A stretch of DNA of 63,972 bases, the filler included, from Lama guanicoe (Eukaryota): the NCBI GenBank assembly GCA_013239625.1. It is 79 parts of 78 records of this genome, joined end to end, with 100 filler letters (N's around TTAATTAATTAA, not from the genome) between each part and the next. Parts side by side here need not be neighbours in the genome. Positions count along the whole stretch, not along the records: positions 1 to 778 come from PNXV01002179.1; positions 879 to 1,890 come from MU053497.1; positions 1,991 to 3,206 come from MU053500.1; positions 3,307 to 4,182 come from MU053501.1; positions 4,283 to 4,741 come from PNXV01002195.1; positions 4,842 to 5,641 come from PNXV01002198.1; positions 5,742 to 6,719 come from PNXV01002201.1; positions 6,820 to 7,573 come from MU053505.1; 71 more parts are not named here. One strand, written 5' to 3'. Below, piece by piece: positions 1-10,946 of this stretch (position 1 is its first letter; every line of letters begins with the position of its first letter). Below the pieces are notes generated by a model. It saw nothing but the letters and a program-made list of their open reading frames with translations. It had not been told where the DNA came from and searched no databases. A program made the position numbers and the translations under genes.

Positions 1-778
1 GTTTTTAATGTTTTAAAGGTCAAATTTATTTCTATGTTTGTTGTTGTTGCACATGCTTTTAGTGTTATATCCAAGAAAGCACAGCTAAATCCAATGTCAT
101 GGAAACATTTCCCCTATGGTTTTACCTCACAGTTTATACTTCCAGCTCTATATTTAGGTCTTGGATTCAGTTTAGTTAATTTTTGTGTATGGTGTAAGGA
201 AATGGTCCAATTTCATTCATTGGTCCAGGATATGCAGTTTTGCGAGCAACATTTGTTGAAAAGACATCCCCATTGAATGGCTTTGAGATGCTTATTAAAA
301 ATCATTTGCCTAATATGTGCAGGTTTTGTTTTCTGGTTGTCAATTTTATTTTGTTGGTTTATTTCTGTCTTTTTCAGGTGCTACACTATTTTTATTACCA
401 TAGCTTTGTAGTAGGTTTTGAATCAGAAACAGTAAGTTCTCCTATTCTTTTTTAAGATTCTATTTGCTATCCTAAGTACCTTGAGATTTCATAAGAATTT
501 TAGGGTGTATTTTTGTATTTCTGCCAAAAAAAAACCTTATTGGGATTATGATAGACATTTCATTGCATCTGTTGTTTACTTACGGCAGTACTGACATCTT
601 AATAATATTTAGCCTTCTAACCCAAGAGCAAAGAATATTTTCCTATTTGTTTGTCTTTTCAATTCCTTTCAGTCATCTTTGGCAATTTTCAGTGAAGAAG
701 TTTTTGCCTTCTTTGTTAAGTTTATTCCGAAAACTGTATTCTCTCTCATATTACTATAAATACAATTGTTTTCTCAAA
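1..778 (-). mobile_element. LINE-1 ORF2 (3' half) remnant, degenerate
   Basis: Typical antisense L1 text: ttcattcattggtccaggatatgcagtttt, caacatttgttgaaaagac, tactattttattaccatagctttgtagtaggttttgaatcag, tttgttaagtttattcc. Confidence 0.85.
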
Positions 779-878
779 NNNNNNNNNNNNNNNNNNNNNN
801 NNNNNNNNNNNNNNNNNNNNNNTTAATTAATTAANNNNNNNNNNNNNNNNNNNNNNNNNNNNNNNNNNNNNNNNNNNN
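779..878. other. Artificial scaffold-joining spacer (44 N + TTAATTAATTAA + 44 N); first of 78 such spacers, with cores from 823 to 63864
   Basis: The identical palindromic 12-mer, with TAA stops in all six frames, sits centred in N runs and recurs throughout the window. The sequences on either side are generally unrelated. Confidence 0.98.
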
Positions 879-3306
879 CTCAGAGCCCGTGGTGATGAGA
901 AGCATTTTAGCCCAGGGTCTGCCGGAGTCTCTGACACTTCTGGGCTGTGGGACTTTGTCCAGGATGAGAATAATTCCTCCCCGAGTTTCAGATTTCCTTG
1001 CCTGTGAGCCGGGGTAGTAGTTGTTTCTGAGATGATTGTAATGATTCAGTAACGGACGCAGCGAGTGCTGGCAGGTAGCTGGTGCTTTAGGAGCAGAAGT
1101 CGCAGTCACTCTGTCAGACTCTCCCTGTGTGCTCTGTGCTTTGAGAAGTTGTGTGTTTGGTGAAAGTCCCGCCCAGACCCTAGGGTCTAGATGAACTGTT
1201 GTTCCTTTACTTTCCCTTCTTTTTCCTCTTTCCCTTCTCTGTGTCCCATGTTTANNNNNNNNNNNNNNNNNNNNNNNNNNNNNNNNNNNNNNNNNNNNNN
1301 NNNNNNNNNNNNNNNNNNNNNNNNNNNNNNNNNNNNNNNNNNNNNNNNNNNNNNNNNNNNNNNNNNNNNNNNNNNNNNNNNNNNNNNNNNNNNNNNNNNN
1401 NNNNNNNNNNNNNNNNNNNNNNNNNNNNNNNNNNNNNNNNNNNNNNNNNNNNNNNNNNNNNNNNNNNNNNNNNNNNNNNNNNNNNNNNNNNNNNNNNNNN
1501 NNNNNNNNNNNNNNNNNNNNNNNNNNNNNNNNNNNNNNNNNNNNNNNNNNNNNNNNNNNNNNNNNNNNNNNNNNNNNNNNNNNNNNNNNNNNNNNNNNNN
1601 NNNNNNNNNNNNNNNNNNNNNNNNNNNNNNNNNNNNNNNNNNNNNNNNNNNNNNNTCCCGACTCCTCCTGCAGACGCTTCCTGGCTACAGTCTGTCGCTG
1701 GACCTGCAGGAGTTCAGCAAATGTGTTGGAACTAAAACATTGCTTCAGTCCCATTAACCATGCCTGGTTTGGGTCCTGCTGTCCTGCCTCATCAAGGTGA
1801 ATTTTGATTCATTTAGAACAGGGCTCAGCAGACTTTTTCGGTCAAGGGCTTGTGGGTAAATATTTCAGGGTCTGAAAACCTCCTGATCTCNNNNNNNNNN
1901 NNNNNNNNNNNNNNNNNNNNNNNNNNNNNNNNNNTTAATTAATTAANNNNNNNNNNNNNNNNNNNNNNNNNNNNNNNNNNNNNNNNNNNNAGACAGGCCT
2001 GGTCCTGGAGAGAGCAGGAGAGGCGTGGGTGGGATAGCAATGGAGAGTGAGGGAATGGAGGGGGCGGGTGCAAGGAGATGTTGAAGAACAACTGATATTA
2101 AATGCACCAAATTAAATGGAGAACATAATATATGAAGGGAAGATCAAGTTAACACAGCAAGGGTGGAAAAGGCAGTACCAGAGATGAAGAGCTCTCACTT
2201 CATCCCTCACAGCCTTTCATTTACGGCACCTGCACTCTGGGAAGGCAGCGCCAAATTCTTGAGAGACTGGTGTTTGTGCTGTGGGTGCTCTAAGTACAAA
2301 ACGGTATCTTATGGCTTCCAGATTTTAAGACTGATAGATTATTTCTCTTATGTCNNNNNNNNNNNNNNNNNNNNNNNNNNNNNNNNNNNNNNNNNNNNNN
2401 NNNNNNNNNNNNNNNNNNNNNNNNNNNNNNNNNNNNNNNNNNNNNNNNNNNNNNNNNNNNNNNNNNNNNNNNNNNNNNNNNNNNNNNNNNNNNNNNNNNN
2501 NNNNNNNNNNNNNNNNNNNNNNNNNNNNNNNNNNNNNNNNNNNNNNNNNNNNNNNNNNNNNNNNNNNNNNNNNNNNNNNNNNNNNNNNNNNNNNNNNNNN
2601 NNNNNNNNNNNNNNNNNNNNNNNNNNNNNNNNNNNNNNNNNNNNNNNNNNNNNNNNNNNNNNNNNNNNNNNNNNNNNNNNNNNNNNNNNNNNNNNNNNNN
2701 NNNNNNNNNNNNNNNNNNNNNNNNNNNNNNNNNNNNNNNNNNNNNNNNNNNNNNNNNNNNNNNNNNNNNNNNNNNNNNNNNNNNNNNNNNNNNNNNNNNN
2801 NNNNNNNNNNNNNNNNNNNNNNNNNNNNNNNNNNNNNNNNNNNNNNNNNNNNNNNNNNNNGTACTTCAGGCGAAGGAGACTAGGGTTGGTGGCTGGGTGC
2901 GAGGCCTAACAAGGCACGGGTGGAGGGCTCCAGGGTCATCTGTCAGAAGCTGTTCCCCTTCAGCAGCTAAGAGGCATAACTAAAAAGGCAGGTGGGATGT
3001 CATTAATGATCATGGGGAAAACTGGGAGGAGAAAACTGAGGTCAGGAGATCACCACCAAAGGCACTTAATTTTAGAGGAACAAAAAGAATTCAAAAGACA
3101 CTTGGAAATTTTATCTCCCTTGAACAAAAAGAACAGATAAATAAGTTTCACTCCAGTGTTGAATACAGAAAAACAGACTGCCTACTCTCAGAAATGGATT
3201 GAATTTNNNNNNNNNNNNNNNNNNNNNNNNNNNNNNNNNNNNNNNNNNNNTTAATTAATTAANNNNNNNNNNNNNNNNNNNNNNNNNNNNNNNNNNNNNN
3301 NNNNNN

Positions 3307-4182
3307 CCCCTAGCATTACCTGGCACAGAGACATGAGGAAAACACTCAGGGGAGAATAGCACATGCATTCGGTTAAAACCCACGCGCTGCCGACCGTTGG
3401 TGGAACCTCCCCACGCTCAGGATTCCGGAACCATTGTCATTGAGTGGGGGAGCTCGAGAGACAACTCCACGCAGCTCTCTTCAGTCACAGGTGTTCCCTG
3501 CTCTGGGAAGTCCGAGAAATACCTTCCCTGACCTTGGGGAGGCAGCCTCTGTCACTGGCAATTCCTCCANNNNNNNNNNNNNNNNNNNNNNNNNNNNNNN
3601 NNNNNNNNNNNNNNNNNNNNNNNNNNNNNNNNNNNNNNNNNNNNNNNNNNNNNNNNNNNNNNNNNNNNNNNNNNNNNNNNNNNNNNNNNNNNNNNNNNNN
3701 NNNNNNNNNNNNNNNNNNNNNNNNNNNNNNNNNNNNNNNNNNNNNNNNNNNNNNNNNNNNNNNNNNNNNNNNNNNNNNNNNNNNNNNNNNNNNNNNNNNN
3801 NNNNNNNNNNNNNNNNNNNNNNNNNNNNNNNNNNNNNNNNNNNNNNNNNNNNNNNNNNNNNNNNNNNNNNNNNNNNNNNNNNNNNNNNNNNNNAGGCATT
3901 CCGTAAGACCCACGCGCTCCCGACCGTTGGTGGAACCTCCCCACGCTCAGGATTCCGGAACCATTTTCATTGAGTGGGGGCGCTCGAGAGACAACTCCAC
4001 GCAGCTCTCTTCAGTCACAGGTGTTCCCTGCTCGGGGAAGTCCGAGAAATACCTTCCCTGACCTTGGGGAGGCAGCCTCTGTCACTGGGAATTCCTCAAC
4101 CCCCCCTAGCTTTCCCTGTCACAGAGATATGACGAAAACCCTCAGGGGAGATGAGCACAGGCATTCCGTTAGAACCCACGCG
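3307..4182 (+). repeat. GC-rich 268-bp satellite (family A)
   Basis: Monomer motif cccacgcgctgccgaccgttggtggaacctccccacgctcaggattccggaacc. Homologous positions 3434 and 3970 are 536 = 2x268 bp apart. Confidence 0.95.
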
Positions 4183-5366
4183 NNNNNNNNNNNNNNNNNN
4201 NNNNNNNNNNNNNNNNNNNNNNNNNNTTAATTAATTAANNNNNNNNNNNNNNNNNNNNNNNNNNNNNNNNNNNNNNNNNNNNAATTCTAACAACAAATAG
4301 TGTACAAATCATAATTTCTACTTGATTCAAATTGCTTCAACTATAAAATTTGAATCTTTTTATTCTTAAGACAGATTTGTGGCATATGACCTAGTGATAA
4401 AATTTTCAACTGGCTTGTATTTAAAAATTTCACCATAGTGAGAGTTTATTACATCAACTATTCCTTTTTGGGAAACCCATGTGCCTTGTCACTCTCTTTC
4501 ATAAGAGTTCCTGTGGAAAATTCAATCCTTCATTAAAAGGCTGAGCAATATATCTCATGGAAAACCTTCATAAACTGCTACACAAGAAAATGAAAATGAC
4601 AGTGAGCAGCCCGTGAAGCCGGCAGACACACACAGCGCACGGCTATGTTCCCGCCTCGACTTTCTGTAACCAGCAGGGAAAATGTGCATCTAAAGAAATA
4701 GACATAAACTCTTTTTAGGACCTGAGCACACAATTTCCCTTNNNNNNNNNNNNNNNNNNNNNNNNNNNNNNNNNNNNNNNNNNNNTTAATTAATTAANNN
4801 NNNNNNNNNNNNNNNNNNNNNNNNNNNNNNNNNNNNNNNNNAAGCTTGGATTCCCTTGTGCATGTGGTGCCCTTTACTCCCAATGACACTTACTGGCCCA
4901 TGTTGGCATTTCAAGGGGTCACATCCATCTCTAGGAAAATACAAGAGGAAAGAAACCAAATATATACATTTAGGTTTGAATCCAAAAACACCTAGAGGCA
5001 TTCTAGCTAGGAGAACCCTGCTGCAATTATGCTAGTCTATGGAGAACCTGGTGTTCTTCAATCAGTTATGAGAACGATTAAGCATCCGATCATGTTGGGT
5101 AAAGCACTTGAATGCAACCAAGTCTGCACCCCCATGATATAGTGCCCCCGGGGGCTTGACTCAAGTGAAGACGATCCACATAAGCTGTGTGTTTAATTTC
5201 ATTGGCGGCTTAAACAGTACAGTTAACATTCTGGCTTGTACTATTTACCTATACATTCTTGAGAAACTGAGGCCTAATACGGATCCAAGTTCAGTCAAAG
5301 ATTCCCCTCACTTACCACACTCCCTTCACCCCAGGGAAGACATACACAACATTTGCTGAATCTAGC

Positions 5367-5629
5367 GGAAGGCCATCGTTTCTATGTGTGAGCTAAGTAT
5401 TCAATTCTTATCTATTTCAGCCGAGACTTTTTGAACTTTAAGGAGTTCACTGTTGTTCACAGAGTGTGAAGCTGGAGGAACTCTGATTCTAGGAAGGGCT
5501 TGCTCTTCTAGTAATGGCTTCATTGCAGCTCAGGTACTGATCTTTCAAAATGGATGCATGAGTGTAGGGGAGGGAAGGTCATGTGCTTGCTTGTGAGGCC
5601 CAAACCTAGGAAAAGGCTTACCTGGGTTT
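5367..5629 (+). repeat. Unclassified low-copy repeat, copy 1 (paralogue at 15421-15685)
   Basis: Direct colinear similarity, e.g. tttaaggagttcactgttg..cagagtgtgaagctggaggaactctgattctagga, ending in cttacctgggt in both copies. Confidence 0.9.
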
Positions 5630-5741
5630 GGTGAATTCTGGNNNNNNNNNNNNNNNNNNNNNNNNNNNNNNNNNNNNNNNNNNNNTTAATTAATTAANNN
5701 NNNNNNNNNNNNNNNNNNNNNNNNNNNNNNNNNNNNNNNNN

Positions 5742-6719
5742 ATTCTATATTCTAAATTCTCTGTTCTGCATTCCATGTTTTAAATTTTGGATTCTATACT
5801 CTATATTCTGTGTTCTACATTCTATATTCTAAATTCTGCATTCAGTATTCTATACTCTATATTCTAAATTCTGTGTTCTGCATTCCATGTTCTTAATTCT
5901 GTGTTCTATATTCTGTATTCTATATTCTAAAGTCTGTGTTCTACATTCTATATTCTACATTCTAAATTCTGCATTCCGTATTCTATATTCTAAACTCTGT
6001 GTTCTACATCCTATATTCTAATTTCTGTGTTCTGCATTCCATGTTCTAAATTCTGGGTTCTATACTCTCTATTCTATTTTCAATATTTTGTGTTCTTCAT
6101 CCTTATTCTACATTCTATATTCTGCATTCCGTATTCTATATTCTATTTTCTGTGGTATACATTCTATATTCTTATTTCTATATTCAGAATACTGTGTTCT
6201 ATATATTATTCTATATTCTAAACTCTGTGTTCAACATTCTGTATTCGAAATTCTATATTAAGTATTCTGTACTCTATATTCTAAATTCTGTGTTCTGCAT
6301 TCCATGTTCTCAATTCTGTGTTTTGTATTCTGTTTCCATATTCTATTTTGTGTTCTACATTCAATCTTCTGTATTCTATATTCTGCATTCCGTATTCTAT
6401 ATTCTATATTCTGTGTACTACATTGTATAATCTAAATCTATATTCAGTATTCTGTATTCTATATTCAAAATTCTGTGTTCTACATTGTATATTCATATTC
6501 TATATTCAGTATTCGTTATTCTATATTCTAAATTCTGTGTTGTGCATTCCATCTTCTAAATTTTGGGTTGCATATTCTGTATTCTATATTCTATATTCTG
6601 TATTCTATATTCGGCATTCCGTATTCCATATTCTATTTTCTGTGTTCTATATTCTATATTCTAAATTCTTTATTCCGTATTCCGTATTCTATATTCTATA
6701 CTCTGTGTTCAACATTCTA
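5742..6719 (+). repeat. AT-rich heptamer-based satellite (TTCTATA/TTCTAAA/TTCTGTG/TTCTGCA/TTCCATG)
   Basis: Strong 7-bp periodicity of TTC followed by four variable bases. Confidence 0.95.
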
Positions 6720-6819
6720 NNNNNNNNNNNNNNNNNNNNNNNNNNNNNNNNNNNNNNNNNNNNTTAATTAATTAANNNNNNNNNNNNNNNNNNNNNNNNN
6801 NNNNNNNNNNNNNNNNNNN

Positions 6820-7243
6820 TCTGACCGATGTTCTCATCTCCCCAACAGCATCTGTAAGTAATGAACATCCTAGGTTTCTAAAATTCTCAGCATGGTAAAA
6901 TCTCATAACTCCTACAATTCTTAACTGTTTTGCAATGGGATTGCAATACTGACAAAGACTTGATTTTGGATAACAATGTGGTGTTTTCTCATGGTTGCAT
7001 TAGGGGATGTGAGGATAATCCCTGAGATCCACAACAAACAATCTTGCTCAAGTACTGGGCAAAGAAGTGTAAAAGTTCTGCATCATCAGGACTGAGGACT
7101 GCTTTCAAAATGATGACTGTGCTCACTGTTCTCCAGGAAGTTCAATGGAAGGAAGTTTATTGCAATTTCTAGGTGAACGGGAATAATTCAGTGTGTCAGT
7201 CTCTATAACTTAGTCAAGGGGTGATAAAAGCCAAAATAAGTTG
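6820..7243 (+). repeat. Unclassified low-copy repeat (inverted paralogue at 53895-54315)
   Basis: Reverse-complement match over ~420 bp, e.g. aactcctacaattcttaactgttttgcaatggga and atgtgaggataatccctgagatccacaacaaa. Confidence 0.9.
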
Positions 7244-7673
7244 TGTCAACAATGAGAANNNNNNNNNNNNNNNNNNNNNNNNNNNNNNNNNNNNNNNNNN
7301 NNNNNNNNNNNNNNNNNNNNNNNNNNNNNNNNNNNNNNNNNNNNNNNNNNNNNNNNNNNNNNNNNNNNNNNNNNNNNNNNNNNNNNNNNNNNGAATGAAC
7401 AGGTAACAATTAGTAAACTGGGAGAAATATAATTTACCTCTCCCTGATTGGAATAAAATCTGGTTGCTCAATGAAATTCTTAATTCACAGAGATTCGCCA
7501 GATGCAGAAAAATAATTCACTGATGACTCAACTAAAAAATTAGTTACTGCTTAACAATCCATCTTCACACACANNNNNNNNNNNNNNNNNNNNNNNNNNN
7601 NNNNNNNNNNNNNNNNNTTAATTAATTAANNNNNNNNNNNNNNNNNNNNNNNNNNNNNNNNNNNNNNNNNNNN

Positions 7674-8181
7674 TGGCTTTAGAGCCCAACACCCACCTAG
7701 GCTCAAAGTCCGGCATAGGACAACACTGAAGCATGTAAAACATAGGGATTATATTAGATCCCAGGTGCTGCTGTCAGTTGGAGGAGTCTCCCCACACTCA
7801 GGATACCAGAACACCACATCGTGTGTGTGCTGAAGGTGGGGAAACAGTGTCCTTGCAACTTTATGTCCTTGCAACTTTCAGGGGGCACCGGTATTCCCAA
7901 ATATTTGGTTGTAGGTTAAACCACTTCAAATCCCGTGGAGAAGCACTCAATAATACTTGGTTTTTGAGCCCAACCCTCACATTTCCCCACACTCCCGCCT
8001 AGGCTAGCAAACAGTGAAGACAAGTTAATAATTGTATTAGAACCCAGGCCCTGCTGTCAGTTGTAGGTGTCTCCCCACACTCTGGAAACCTCAACCAGTC
8101 TTCGTGTGTGTGCTGGTGTTGTGGAAACAGAGTCGAAGCATTTTTTGGGGGGCACAGTTGTTCCAAGTTTGGGGATGTATT
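7674..8181 (+). repeat. Diverged ~267-bp satellite (family A')
   Basis: ctgctgtcagttg at 7768 and 8051 (283 bp, or 267 after removing a 16-bp internal duplication of tgtccttgcaacttt). Shares ordered blocks with family A. Confidence 0.85.
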
Positions 8182-9825
8182 NNNNNNNNNNNNNNNNNNN
8201 NNNNNNNNNNNNNNNNNNNNNNNNNTTAATTAATTAANNNNNNNNNNNNNNNNNNNNNNNNNNNNNNNNNNNNNNNNNNNNAGCCCTTCCCTGGCTGTGA
8301 ATTTATTTTCTGTTATCTTAATTTTTTTCCACTGATGACAGTTCTCTCCCATGCACATGTCATTAGTTATTTAACCAGTCACTTGCTGATGGACTTTTTT
8401 TATGCCACTATAAAAGTAGTCATATGTGCATTTTGGGTCTTATGCAATTATTTTTATGATAAATGATTAGAGAGGAATACATGATTTAAATATTTTAATA
8501 CATATNNNNNNNNNNNNNNNNNNNNNNNNNNNNNNNNNNNNNNNNNNNNNNNNNNNNNNNNNNNNNNNNNNNNNNNNNNNNNNNNNNNNNNNNNNNNNNN
8601 NNNNNNNNNNNNNNNNNNNNNNNNNNNNNNNNNNNNNNNNNNNNNNNNNNNNNNNNNNNNNNNNNNNNNNNNNNNNNNNNNNNNNNNNNNNNNNNNNNNN
8701 NNNNNNNNNNNNNNNNNNNNNNNNNNNNNNNNNNNNNNNNNNNNNNNNNNNNNNNNNNNNNNNNNNNNNNNNNNNNNNNNNNNNNNNNNNNNNNNNNNNN
8801 NNNNNNNNNNNNNNNNNNNNNNGGGTTGGCCAGTGTTCAAGGCCCTCAAGGAATTGTAGGGGAGGAAGCCAAGAGCTAGACCCCTGAAGCCCCTGAGATT
8901 CCAGGACTAGAACCATTGAGCTGGGACTCTTCTTTACTGGAAGCTGGACCACTTCCCTAGTCCCTTGCTAAGGGCCATGTTGGGACAGACACTTGTTCTG
9001 GTGTGAGGTTCAGGTGTGATGGCAGGAATTTGGGTAGCCCCAGATGGGGCTAAGACTGCTGTTGGGGGCTGGCATGGGCCAGGGGAAGTTGATGTCAGGC
9101 CTTGAGCTACCTAGAAGGCTGTTAAGAACTTCTGAGAAGCCCAAGCAGGGTTAGAAGATGATGAAGGAGAAAGGGAGGGCCATTCCAGGAATCAGAGGAA
9201 AAGGCACTGAGCCTCTTCAAGAATGAGGTGTGCTCATGTCCAGATCAGCCCTGTATTCAGGACCACACAGCCATCCACAGCTTGGAGCAGAGACCCCCGT
9301 GCACATCCTCATGGCCACACTCTACTTCAGCAGGTTACATGTCCAGANNNNNNNNNNNNNNNNNNNNNNNNNNNNNNNNNNNNNNNNNNNNTTAATTAAT
9401 TAANNNNNNNNNNNNNNNNNNNNNNNNNNNNNNNNNNNNNNNNNNNNACAGAGGCGGGGAGGCCCCACCCAGGAGGAACCCATCTTGGCCCTGCTGCATG
9501 TGAGAGAGAGAGGAGCTGCTGGGAGCTGTGAGGAGGGGGCAGCATCCCCGACCGAGGGACCCTGGACCTGTCCAGCCACTGGATTGAGAGAAGCCCAGGG
9601 CACCGGGTCCTGGGACCAGTCAGGCTGCCTCTCTCCCCACGCCTCCTGCACCCTGATCAGCTCCAGTCACTATGGAAGATTGTGAAGACATAAGACAGGG
9701 CTGGACAAGGAAGCAGAGAGGCCCAGAAAAGCAGAAGTGAGGACTGGAGTGAGTCCTCTGAGGAGGGTCCATTTTGTCTCTGCCCAGGGTCTGGCGCTGC
9801 TGCAGGTGACATCTGTGCTGGAGAA

Positions 9826-9886
9826 ATGACCCCGAGGGATGGGGCCCTGTGGCTGCCTTCAGCTCTGCTGCTTCTCCACGTCCCAG
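9826..9886 (+). CDS. CD300: CD300/CMRF35-like receptor, exon 1 (signal peptide)
   Basis: ATG at 9826 encodes MTPRDGALWLPSALLLLHVP-G, followed by a phase-1 donor CAG|GTGAGG. Resembles CD300 leaders (WLPxALLLLxVPG). The family member cannot be resolved. Confidence 0.88.
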
Positions 9887-10131
9887 GTGAGGGGCTCAGC
9901 CCTTCTTGGGGGAGAGGAAGGGGCGGGGGTGGAGGTGGGTGAGCAGCAGCGCAACAGGAGGGAGGGAGGGCAGGCAGAGAAACTTCCAGGTGTGGAAGGG
10001 GAGGACACCCCAGGTGTGGTCTGGCTGATGGGGGGTGACTGATGTGAGATGGGGAACTTCGGGGGGTGACCCCCAGGGCGTCTCTGACCCAGGTCCACCT
10101 GATGAGGAGCTGGACTCGCTGTGTTTTCCAG

Positions 10132-10250
10132 GCTGCTGGTCCCTGAGAGGCCCCCACAGGGTGACGGGCGTCATCGGGGGATCGCTGAGCGTGCAGTGTC
10201 GGTATAAGAAGGAATTCATAGATCATATCAAATACTGGTGCAAATCCCCA
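10132..10250 (+). CDS. CD300: CD300/CMRF35-like receptor, exon 2 (Ig V-domain N-terminal part; truncated by contig end)
   Basis: Acceptor ttttccag|GC in matching phase 1. Encodes CWSLRGPHRVTGVIGGSLSVQCRYKKEFIDHIKYWCKSP, with the CD300 signature GGSLSVQCxY...KYWC. Intron 9887-10131. Confidence 0.92.
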
Positions 10251-10351
10251 NNNNNNNNNNNNNNNNNNNNNNNNNNNNNNNNNNNNNNNNNNNNTTAATT
10301 AATTAANNNNNNNNNNNNNNNNNNNNNNNNNNNNNNNNNNNNNNNNNNNNC

Positions 10352-10438
10352 TGGAGTGAGAGGTTTCTGAGAGGCCGTAGGCATTGGTTGAACCCTCAAC
10401 CACAACACCTCTGCTCTACTATGAGGCGGTCACTTAAG
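10352..10438 (+). CDS. RalGDS-like (ral guanine nucleotide dissociation stimulator-like) gene, putative first coding exon, 3' part
   Basis: Open frame WSERFLRGRRHWLNPQPQHLCSTMRRSLK ending at a phase-0 donor AAG|GTAACA. Resembles, from memory, the basic Trp-containing N-terminus of multicopy mammalian RalGDS-like genes. Confidence 0.55.
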
Positions 10439-10847
10439 GTAACACCGGGTAGCCTGGAGCAGGTCAATATGGGACCAACCTCCTCTGGGAGCCCTCCCTG
10501 GGCAGGCCCACTTCCCTCATTTCCATGTGGGGGGAGGGGGACTTGAGGGGAGGTGTCCCCTCTGGGCAGGAACCAGCCATTGAACACGTGGAAACCTGGT
10601 GGTCCTGTCATGGCCACACCCAAGGACAGGGCTGGCAGGGGGAAAGAGGACTCCTGAGGGGTTTTTCTCTGTGCCAGTGGGAATTCAAGGCCCTCATGTT
10701 GTCAGCTTTTTGTCCCTGATGGAGGTCTGTGCAGAGAGTGGTGTGTGCATGTCGAGACTGGAGCTGTCTTATGGGTCTGAGAACCAGTCAGGACAACCAG
10801 ACAGGGCTCTGAGGTTTCTGCCTGGCTGCTGGGCAGTGTGTCTGCAG

Positions 10848-10946
10848 GACTCCTCACAGGACCTGGTCCATAGACTACCCCAAGCCATCTCCCTGCAGGA
10901 AGGGCAGGTGACCCACGACACCAGCAGAGCCCAGGACGGGCTCAGG
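10848..10946 (+). CDS. RalGDS-like gene, putative second coding exon
   Basis: 99-nt phase-0/0 exon (ctgcag|GAC...AGG|GTGAGT) encoding DSSQDLVHRLPQAISLQEGQVTHDTSRAQDGLR. Aligns without gaps to the recalled RALGDS segment EIGEELINGVIYSISLRKVQLHHGGNKGQRWLG. Functional status unknown. Confidence 0.65.

Noticed and set aside
3434..4230. Recurring ORFs such as THALPTVGGTSPRSGFRNH in many contigs, suggesting a gene family
   Set aside because: They are translations of the 267-268-bp satellite; frames shift or stop between monomers and no splice structure is evident.
6027..6771. Hydrophobic Y/I/L/F/S-rich ORFs (also ~18.5, 21, 32 and 43-44 kb) resembling membrane proteins
   Set aside because: They are translations of the heptamer satellite.
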